Shown piece after piece: positions 13,301 through 22,700 of a DNA stretch of 64,000 bases. Numbering within the stretch: position 1 is the first letter of the stretch; each line of letters begins with the position of its first letter. The position numbers and the translations under genes are program-made. Origin of the DNA: Phoronis australis (Eukaryota; Animalia; Phoronida). Below the pieces are notes generated by a model that was given only the letters and a program-made list of their open reading frames with translations, was not told where the DNA came from and did not search any database. The stretch covers positions 248,001 through 312,000 of the forward strand of contig NMRA01000464.1 of the NCBI GenBank assembly GCA_002633005.1, written 5' to 3'.

Positions 13301-16300
13301 AACGCAATGTTCCCAGCCAACTCTTACTGTTGTTTGTTACCTTTTCTTATAAGTAGGATCATTTTTTATACGCACAGCCTGTACACGTGCTGGGAGACTG
13401 ATACGAAACCAAGTAAGAAATAGGTAACAAAAATTGAATCGGTGGTTAAAGCATGTCGTTAGCAATAGATTGAAACATCAAAATGTCAATTTATTAACTG
13501 AATTAAGGAATTAAGGTGAGGATTTATCTTTTTTCACAACTTGCTGTGTCCCTGACCACAGAGGCCTGAGGTGACTCGTAGCATTTGTTCCCAACGCCAA
13601 CATTTGTACGCATGTAGACGCACAACTCCCTCAGGATAAAAACTACGTTTATCATAATACACCTCGTTGACTCAATGTTATGGCGACTTAGTGAATGAAA
13701 GGACTGAGAGTATACGTAGCTGTCCTGTACCTAGCAGGAGATTCGATTTGATTGAAAGCCCTTTAACCTTTGACCTCATATTAGTAGTATCCAAGTATCC
13801 ATGTGGTAGTACGGTTCCAAGGTGATTCTGTTAAATCTTTTTTTCTCACTACGCGGTACATATTTTGTATTTGAAGTTCCCCGGGAACGAAGATAAGGTA
13901 TTTTGCTGGACACATGTGAAATATTATAAAAATGGCCAATTTTTGAGAATAAGGTTTGAGATATCTTTAATGTACAAGAATAATCATTTCCAGGAGGTCG
14001 CTTTACACTTCGTTTGTCTCGTGATTGCATATCATTCTGCCCGCTTACGTATCCAGCAAAACATTTTAAAATCTGTCCAAATTCAATGTGCAAACTAAAC
14101 GTGCTCAGAAATAATCCATCACTCCAACATTTTACCTTTGTGTATATTTCTTTTAACTTGTCACGATCGGCTCGTCGGCTAAATATGGTTCCCTGAAAGT
14201 ACAAAAAGACAAACTGAAAGAACTAACCGGAGCTTTTATCCATGCCGTAACACTGCAGTAATTCACTGTATACACTAAGATGAACACTGAAAAGTCTTGA
14301 GTACTTGGTGAGGAAAAAGAAAACTTAACTACATCAATAAAATACAACAAACAATTAGAAGACTATATAACATATGAACATTTTGTAAACTGGCAACTGC
14401 AACATGAACTTAACTGTTACCTCGTGAACAAACAGGCTCAAACGCTAGCAATTTCGGCGGCATGTTCTTTAGTAGCAAAAACGCCAGTTATGTGAAGTGC
14501 CAAATTCTTCGTTGTTCTTAACTGGCAGTTTGAGTTACCTCAAAACTGCTGGAATTTTTGTTAACGCTTTTGTTGGCAGACCACTTAATACGCACAGAAG
14601 AGGCTTTAGTTTATCACTGCAATAAATATTTATGACAGAGAGCGAATTTGTTTTGACATCAACTTTTGGTATAAGTGACTGGTGTCATCTAGTGGTGAGA
14701 AACAAAACTAGCTGTTTTCAAAAAGAACTCCTTTGCAGACAGCTCGATTGCATAGGAACTAGGTTGGCGTTTTAGCCACAGAAACTGCTACCATTTTCCC
14801 CTCTCGTATAAGCCTACTATCATAGTACCGGATGTACAAAGACTGACACTGAAAGTTCATTTGGACAGAACAGTCACCACAAAGGCATGAAATTCCCATG
14901 ATATAAATGTGGTTCATCTTAGTCTCACAGTGATTTGACACCAACCTCAAAGGTGTTCACAGTAAAATCTCACCAATTTTAAACAGAAGTAATTGTCACC
15001 TAAATCTTTAAGATATTTTTGTCATTTTTCAAACAATGCAGTGGATAGCCATTATTTCGCAAACATAGTACGTACGATATAAACTTTAATAGTGAAAACA
15101 GTTATTTGGTGCAATTTATTTTCATAGAGAAATGAAATTTTACTTGTTTGACATTCTGCGGCCTAAAGTGGGGAGATGTTAGTGTCACCAAAATGGTAGA
15201 ATGCTTTAAGCTACAAACAACTGCTCTAAGTACTCTGAAGCAAAAGTGGTTCAAATTTGCCTGTAGACACCACATAGTCTCCTACCCATAGTATCAAAAT
15301 TCCTAATTTTCTTTCTTATCTTCCAAGATATGATGAAAATAATACACTTATTTTTACTACAATTAGCTCAGGTCTATTGAAAATGTTCTATTAACAAACA
15401 GGTCTGTGAAAAATCAAAGAGCACTGCTATGTGTAGAAATATCTTAGGAAGCAGACAATTTCAAGAAATTTAACAGGAGTGTCCAAAAACAAACATACAC
15501 AAGTTCATCAGTCACATAGGAAAATTTTTATCATTCAAGTATATGATGACATACAAACACTGAGTGATAGCAGTTATCACAGACTTCAGCTATATTGCTA
15601 TTCCTTTACCTGAATATACTTTAGGCTCCCAGAACACGGCAAACTAAACCTTGCTTAAAAATTTCTCCAGAATGGGACCGTGAGAAATTTATTATTTTGA
15701 TCCCTGTCAGAATATGTAACAAATTTTAGAAATATCAGTATACCCAAATTCAAGAAATACGATCAGCCACTAAGAATCATTTTCCTCTGTGTGTCACATT
15801 ATGGAAAATGCTATCTTCCGTGACTTTAAGAACTGCCAAGTGTATCTTCAGCTTATGCCGATGAACATGTAGTGTCCGATATTTGAGAAATGCCATGAAA
15901 GCCAAAACAGGCTTTCAAGCAGTTTTAGGTAAAAAAGTAAGAAAAAGGAGGACATATTTTCAAAAAGGTAATAAAAAGTAGGAACTGTGAAGTGAAAAGT
16001 AGAAAAAAGTAGGAACAAGAGCAGGCATTCAGGAGTAGTTTTCATCGATACATACCAATGACGTTCACCTCGTGTCACAGGCAGTACTCACCATTAGTTG
16101 GAGAGCCAGCAGGACTTTATTCACACTTTTGAGTGCAATACCATTTACGGTGTCCTGCTCCAGCGAGTTCGCAACAAATTGCAGTCAAAGCACAAAAATC
16201 TTTCCAAAAAGCCTATGCCTACTAACTACTAATCGGGGGCGTCAGTTTCTGACGTGACAAATCTGCAACTTGCGTCAGTTTCTGACGTGACAAATCTGCA

Positions 16301-19300
16301 ACTTGCGTCAGTTTCTGACGTGACAAATCTGCAACTTTCGTGCGACAAAGTAGTTAATAGGCATGGGCTTTTTGGGAAGATTTTTGTGTGCTTTGATCGC
16401 AAATTTGTTGCGAACTCGCTGGAGCAGGACACCGCAAATGGTATTAAAAGAAAGAATAATTGCTAATGGTTTGTTGAACCTGTTTTGTGTAAATTTATCA
16501 AGTTTTGTGTTTGATAAGGACGACTGAAGTGGAATTTCTAGTCCCAAGTGTCATACCTTGTAATATATATATATGTATATGTATGTGTATATGTATATGT
16601 ATATATATAGTGTATTGGGACGATCAGAAACTGAGGACGCCTGTGCGTAGGAGCATATTTACCCACAGGCGTCCTCAGCTTCTGATCGTCCCCAATACAC
16701 TACTCTCAAGTTCCAAATAGTTGTATCTATACGATTATTTTTTTCAGACTCGTTTTCCGGTCTATGCAACGCTTATTCAGGCCTCTACGTTTATTAATTT
16801 TCTAACCTTTTTCCGCTCTCCACGATTATTTGATTCAGCAAGTTCTCAATTCTTGTTTCATTCATTACAAAGTTGTTGATGACACCGGGTATCGTACCTT
16901 GGTCGTAAGACGTGGGTAATTTGCTCTTTAAGTCGCTCTAAACCTCTATACCTCGAGTCACTCAGTTTAGAGTTCGTAATTTAGAAGAGCAATATACGAC
17001 TCTGTGTTGCACACGGAAGTCACATGTCATACATTAAAAGATTTTAATCGCTAAAATATACAACTGTATGTTTCAAAGCATTAATAATCGGACTCCCAAG
17101 CAAGGGTTTACGCAGCAGAAGTCTGCTGGACGGCCAGAATGTTATTTTGGATGGGTTCGACGGGATCGGTCAGAATTAAGAAAGTGTTGGCAAAATTTAA
17201 AAAGCTTGAAATGATGAACACTTCTTTTAATATTAACGGCTGGTCGGCAGTCGCCCAAAGAAATAGGCCATCAGTAATTTCAGAAATGATGAATTTAATG
17301 CACAAAAAGTGCATTTTTCAATATTCCGCGCACCTCGTGACACTGATCATTGTTACCGGCAGCTCAATATACATATGAATAAAAACGCTTTCGACGAGTT
17401 TCTTTGGCTGATCCAATATTTATGATTGCACCCTGTGAAAAACTAGCAAGCCGTAACAACTGTTCACTGTGTCTGTCCAAGTTTCTGGGGGAGTAATTCC
17501 AGGATTTTGCACAGCCAGTGTCATCTGCGGTTTCCGTCATTATTGACATGCGCATTCTGCATACTTGATCATGTCGTCTGCCGCGCAAAGGCCTAAAAGA
17601 ATTTGAGGATTATTTTACAAACCGAGAGATGTTCCAGATACAGACATTGATTCAGATGCTGGTATGACAAATAATCCAGCTACAGATACGGACCGTGGTG
17701 ATAACGCGGCAAGTCAATGAAGCGTAAATACCCGTGCAGTTAATGTACAGTGCCGAACCTTTCAATCAACCTAGGAACCAGGTTCTAGAATCAACAAAGT
17801 ACCAACAAGTTGCCGACAATTGGACATCCGCACTTTTTACAATTCATTCCAAACTTGATAATAGATTGTTTTTATGAACAGGAAGAATTGACTTGTGGCA
17901 ATCTTGAAATATAGTTGCTAACATTCGACAATCCAGTCGATATCTATTGAAATTGATTTCTACTTGCTCTCTCGTCCAAATAAATGGAAAAGCGCACGTG
18001 AATCGGTTTGTTTCTTATACCTAATTTGACATTCAAGATGGTGGACGTAGTTGTGGTCGTGGACTCGAATGTTGGGCAATTCTGCACGAAATCTCAATTT
18101 CTGGCCGTGGAAAATTTTGGCTGTACCGACTTTTTGACGTCGAATTCTGACTAACATTATGAGGGTATTGACTATGAACGTTGTGCAAGATATGAGATTG
18201 AGAGAAACAAAGGCTCGACTGTCAGGAACATGTATGATAAATGCAACTCGTTTTACCAAGACACTTTATTGTCTTTATTCAGACTGTCGGCTTCGTGGAA
18301 GACTGGAGGTTGCTGCTGAAATCTTTACCTCCTTGTTATAATTTTTGAACTTAGTCGACATTGACATAGCCTCTAGTATGAATGTCACATTTTTTTTGAG
18401 TAAAATGATAACGCATACTGTTTGAAACACATCTATTTAGACTTCCATTTAAAGTTATTGAATAAACGAATGGTCTTTGTTTTAGCAATGACACTTTATT
18501 CCACTTCACTGTACTATGTTATGGCATGGGTGGATACACCACTGCAATAATTTAACTATGCTAATGTTCAATTTAAAAGTTTTTCTTTGAAACAATTACT
18601 TAAAGCGGTGGTAAGTCAGACAGAATATGCTTCTTTGCACTATTATTCCAATCCCATCTACATCATTATTAGATTTTGCACTTCCTATTATTTCCTTCTA
18701 CCGTTACTAAATTTTACGCAAATTTGTAATCAATGTTATTATTGTAGTCTATATTATTTCTAATTTTCCACAAATTTCCCATCTATACCATTAAACAAAA
18801 ATGTTCACAAAAAGCCCAAACACACTTCCATCTTGGACGGCTCGAGGTCAAAGACGGTACGCGTGAAGTCACAATGTCGGTCACGCCGTCCATCCATAAT
18901 TCATCAGCAATTTCCGTACCGTCGTTGACCTCGAGCCATCCAAAATGGAAGTGTGTTTGGGCTTTTTGTGAACATTTTTGTTCTTTGACTGCGAATTTGT
19001 AACGAAGTCGCCGGAACAGGACACCGTGAATGGTATTGGAAGAACAATTGCCAATGGTTTATTGAAACCTTGTTTGGTGTAAATTTATTGAGTTTTATGT
19101 TAGCTATGGAGGGCTGAAGTGAAGCACCCGTGGAATTTCTAGCCGGGAGTGTCATACCTTGTAGTATGTAGTGTATTGGGGACGATCACAAGCTCAGGAC
19201 GCCTGTGACTGTGTATTTACCGTGGACATTGCAGTTTTCACCAAGCTACTACCTACTGTCCGTGTTGTCTATGATCCACGTCATCGAATTTTGAATGGAA

Positions 19301-19630
19301 AGCAAGACACTGTTAAAATCGAAACAATACGCTGAGAACTTTAAATGTTTAATTTCTGGTGAAATCATGAATGTTACGTAACAGATAGCGCTATTACAAG
19401 AAAGGATAAACAACGGAAGCTCACCGGTTCACAAGCAGCTCTCCATTTAGATGGCAAAATTTGTTGGAACGCGCTATCCCATCGCCTCTGAAAAGACACA
19501 GACATTTTATTTCAATATTTCTTCATTCAATATGCTCAACCGTCAACCTTGCCAAATGAATGTTATTATTGTAAATGCCGGAATCCTTTGTATATTTTCT
19601 TACCTTTCCAAAACTCGAAACGCTTTCCAT
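4242..19630 (-). CDS. SLC25A12: Calcium-binding mitochondrial aspartate/glutamate carrier (aralar/citrin), 5' part; gene continues beyond window start
   Basis: Exons 19604-19630, 19425-19487, 14136-14192, 10118-10260, 6295-6410, 5325-5464, 4242-4388, all GT-AG with compatible phases. Protein ...[40 protein letters not shown]...[40 protein letters not shown]...[12 protein letters not shown] resembles the EF-hand N-domain of SLC25A12/13. Orthology to 12 versus 13 is not resolvable. Confidence 0.93.
5325..5464 (-). CDS. SLC25A12: SLC25A12/13 exon 6 ([10 protein letters not shown]...EFTQILH)
   Basis: [15 protein letters not shown]...[11 protein letters not shown] motif; CAC|GTAAGT donor. Confidence 0.94.
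6295..6410 (-). CDS. SLC25A12: SLC25A12/13 exon 5 ([11 protein letters not shown]...[11 protein letters not shown])
   Basis: Strongly conserved aralar motif [14 protein letters not shown]...AFQLFD; GT-AG. Confidence 0.94.
6760..7270 (+). repeat. Dispersed repeat, copy 1 (copy 2 at ~13065-13550)
   Basis: Shared GTGAAAACTTGTTTTCGGT...TATTTCAACAxTCACTCxCAATGT...GCGTAATTAAxTTAATTATCA. Confidence 0.7.
7735..7950. repeat. 31-bp minisatellite, ~7 copies
   Basis: Unit AGTGTTCATGCATCCAAGTACCCACATACAA. Confidence 0.9.
8866..9001. repeat. 36-40-bp minisatellite, ~3.5 copies
   Basis: Unit TGCAGGTACAATACACAGA(C)AATGGATGCCAGGATGGC. Confidence 0.85.
10118..10260 (-). CDS. SLC25A12: SLC25A12/13 exon 4 (YATVQK...DTNKNG)
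   Basis: [13 protein letters not shown] motif and start of an EF-hand loop; GG|GTAAG donor. Confidence 0.93.
11024..11600 (+). mobile_element. piggyBac-like terminus (TTAA|CCCTT) repeat
   Basis: Homologous, in inverted orientation, to ~3800-4175 (..AATAAGGG|TTAA). Confidence 0.55.
12647..12943. mobile_element. Shorter copy of the 35134-35540 MITE
   Basis: TTAA|AGGCTATCTTGAATGGTAACCACCTGTAAATTTG...CTGTTGAAGTTAGGCA|TCAA. Confidence 0.65.
13065..13550 (+). repeat. Dispersed repeat, copy 2
   Basis: See 6760-7270. Confidence 0.7.
14136..14192 (-). CDS. SLC25A12: SLC25A12/13 exon 3 ([19 protein letters not shown])
   Basis: tttcag acceptor, AAG|GTAAA donor. Resembles the aralar KR(A/G)DxxxLxxIF segment. 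Confidence 0.88.
16137..16560. mobile_element. Foldback element with ~95-bp inverted arms enclosing three 36-bp tandem repeats
   Basis: Arms 16137-16230 and 16349-16447; GCGTCAGTTTCTGACGTGACAAATCTGCAACTT x3; right end GTGTCATACCTTG. Confidence 0.7.
16608..16702. repeat. 95-bp palindromic MITE preceded by a (TA/TATG)n microsatellite
   Basis: TAGTGTATTGGGACGATCAGAAACTGAGGACGCCTGTG...CACAGGCGTCCTCAGCTTCTGATCGTCCCCAATACACTA. Confidence 0.75.
18795..19210. mobile_element. Related foldback element with different interior
   Basis: Inverted arms 18795-18861 and ~18915-18982; right flank homologous to 16400-16650. Confidence 0.65.
19425..19487 (-). CDS. SLC25A12: SLC25A12/13 exon 2 ([21 protein letters not shown])
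   Basis: ttttcag acceptor, CCG|GTGAGC donor, 63 nt open in frame 0. Confidence 0.7.
19604..19630 (-). CDS. SLC25A12: SLC25A12/13 exon 1 (MESVSSFGK)
   Basis: ATG at 19630, 27 nt, donor AAG|GTAAGA, phase 0. Inferred from splice signals and phase. Confidence 0.7.
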
Positions 19631-19726
19631 ATTGCTCACGCGAATAAGCGCGAAAGTTCACGTGAACAACGATACCGGATGCAATCTAGGTCAGTCATGC
19701 TCTCCAGCTTACGGAAGTAGAGAAAA
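19631..19726. promoter_or_regulatory. Putative compact bidirectional promoter SLC25A12/13-HAT1
   Basis: 96 bp between divergent ATGs. E2F-like GCGCGAAA 19648-19655; palindrome GTTCACGTGAAC (E-box core) 19656-19667; ETS-like ACGGAAGT 19711-19718; YY1-like AAAATGGCGG over the HAT1 ATG. Confidence 0.65.
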
Positions 19727-19739
19727 ATGGCGGGTACAG
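19727..19739 (+). CDS. HAT1: HAT1 exon 1 (MAGT)
   Basis: aaaATGGCGGGTACAG|GTGAGG, phase 1, matching exon 2. Confidence 0.8.
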
Positions 19740-22700
19740 GTGAGGATTCAATTTGTGCTTCGAAACAAATTCTTTATCTCTCTGTGCACGAACGAAACTA
19801 AGCTAAAATATTTATGCATGAAAATAAAAAATATTTCGCTATATTTTACCTTCGTATTTGTCTGCGTGTAATAACTACTGCCCGAGTTTGCTTCCGTCGC
19901 GGAATTCGACTTTCGCTAGTGTTGTGTTAGAACTTAGATTACTATTACAAAAAAGAAAAACAACCTATTAATAACACCAGACAATTTAGTCAATATAATT
20001 CAAACATATCCATGAACATCTGTGGAGGTTCAATCAAGCTTCCGTTGCCTGTACTGTAGCCAACCAGCTAGCTGTATGAAGACTATCGTCCAAATACAGC
20101 TAGGTACCACAGTGTGTTGAGCTCTGACAGACTGACTCGTCGGACGTAGCGTCCCCACTTTAAACCACGATAACTTCTTCAATTTTCAACCTAGAATCAT
20201 GATTTTAGTATCCACATGTTCACAAGGCGTATAGAAATTGATCTGTCTGTTAATTTTGCCATACCTTCATCCAATTGACTTTGAAGTTAGAGTTCTTTTG
20301 CCGACTTTGTTGCCAGTCGGTTACCTGTACAGTGACGTCATAGGAATGCCTGACACCTACCGGCGATTGTGTGTATTCATTTGCAGGGTAAGGAAATGAT
20401 GGGTCACAATGTCAAGAGGCACGGAAGAAAAATCCGCAATAATCACGTTGCTTCGTGCAACGATACTGAACTCATTTATAATTGCGTGATTCAAAGTGTT
20501 TTGGGAACCAAGTGAGGCTGGTGTCGTTTGTCACATTTCATTCAAGCGCGTAAAGTTAGAAATCGTGTTGATGCAGTTAGACCTTTGCTGTTTGGTGCCT
20601 GAAAGCAAAATGAATTTCGTTTGCAATTATAACGTAATTATTAATTCTTGTATTAGCATTGTACCAATAAGAGTGTAGGCCTAATAATGGTAAATATTTT
20701 TATTGTAAAATAGTAATTATACAGAAAATTTAATTTGGTGCACCTTATACTGTTTTAGAAAAGTGAAACAGCCCAATTGGGAAGTAGGTAGTGGCCCTTA
20801 AAAGGGCTGTTGGGTTTTTGGTACTCAAGGATTGGGGTACCACAGTGCTATGTGGTCAAGTATCGTAAAAAATGCCTGTTGACTGCTGTTGCGTGCTCAA
20901 CGTTCCCGCCACATGAACTCGTCAAGATGCACATCCAACATGTCAGGGAGGACACCACACATGCTCTTGAACCTCATCTTCACGTTCTTCCAGTAGCACT
21001 TGACATGTTTGGTGCATGCGCCAGTCTGTGGATCAACGAAGTTCATGGTATTGTTGATTGTCTGGTGGGTGTCATGCGGCACAATGGAGAGGTTGGCGAT
21101 ACCGTTGCAGGCAGCCCACATGTCGCTGTGGAGGACGGAGCCGGACAAGATGAACTGTTGTATGATGGGAAGAAGTGTATTGGCATTCCTGTTCGGCACA
21201 AAACTGCAGAAATCCAACGTTCTGTGCGAGGCAGTATCCTCCAAACACCCATCGTTGCTGAACCACATGGCCCACATTGTTCTTTCTTCTGGCCATCAAC
21301 GACTCATCAATTTGCACGATGACTCCGGGGCCACCAACCCGTAAGGGTTGTTCATGAGTTGGGTGGAACATGCGTCTCGGAGGTTGCTATACCAAGTCAT
21401 TACCACTGTCTGGTCTACTCCCAGCATCTCCTCGTCAAGCGCTATCAATTGCTTGAATGCCCACACCCAGACAGGCCTGGCCATAGTGGGACACGTTCCT
21501 CGCAACTGAGGAAGTTTGAAGTGTACAGACACGGCTAAATACCGACATAGCAGTGAGGCTCGTGGTCAAAAAATTCCGCGCACAATGATTTTTCAGCACT
21601 GTCGGATTGATAAATTGATGACATTACTGTAGAATTTTAGAACTGTAGCTAAGGCATTTTTTACATATGTACACGTTCATGGACTGGGCGCTTATTTTAG
21701 CGAAGTTTGAAAACGAGTGGGGGACGCTTATAGGGTATGGGCGCTTGTTATGGTGAATGTCATTATTTGTAAAATAATTTTTGCGAAAATGACATTGTTC
21801 ATGACAAAAAGAAATAAGTTCTAAGAAATATGGTATTTCACTTGCTATAAGCACATGGACCGATCTTCCGACTTTCCCCCCTATTCTTCGTTTCGGACTA
21901 GTCCACAAATTCCTTTGTGCACGACCACACACTGTGATCATTTGTATAGACGAATCGCGTAACGGGTGACATCTACTGAATCGGTAATATCGCATTCACT
22001 ACGCCGATGTTTTTTACTGCTGGAGCATGGACACACTGGCCAAACTGAACCTTAATTCATGGTAACAACAGCACAAGGAGGGAAAATTTATTCATGTTCA
22101 TCTGGGAAATGATATAGTGCTTTTGTGCTCTGAAAATTTGCCCTGCCACCTGGGCGACCGGCAAGTCAACTTCTACTCGCCCAGCACCATTTTTTCTGGC
22201 ATTGGCGACTGGGCGAGTGGTTAAGTATATCCCTGAAGCATCATCCTGTTTTTGGATGGAATCGAGGTATTTTGCGCCACCTGGTGGCCAATTTTTGCTG
22301 TTTTCAAATCTTGTTTTTGGCGTCCACCCCCTATATGTTTTCAGCGTGAAGAGGACGTTAGATGATGGTAGCTGACTACTGTGGCGCCTCCTAGTGGTAT
22401 TTTTAGTTTGTTTTTCACCCATAACTGTATCTTCAAAACCCACTGCAGGATCTTTATTAAATTTAGTAAGTGAATTTATGTGAAGATAACAGACGATGAC
22501 TGTCAGGCAGATTGAACGGACGCTGTGCCCACAAGTGACAATTTCATTTTCTCTGAAGTTCCTTGACAGATTTTATGAAATATGGCATGATCCCGTTTTT
22601 GGATGGATTGTATGTTTTTACGCCATCTAGTGGCCATTTTTTAATACAAATAAATAACCCTAAAAGCACACCATTTGTGGGCTCATTTCAACTCTCTGTG

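Noticed and set aside
14421-14463. ATG-initiated mini-exon [14 protein letters not shown] with a GT donor just upstream of SLC25A12/13 exon 3
   Set aside because: It is 43 nt (phase 1) and does not join the phase-0 acceptor at 14192 in frame.
14956-15120. Similarity to 57638-57800 (CACxGTAAAATCTCACCAATTT)
   Set aside because: Probably an old dispersed repeat, but too decayed to delimit or classify by eye.
20810-21344. Plus-strand ORFs of 170 and 114 aa
   Set aside because: Antisense shadows of the Merlin transposase.
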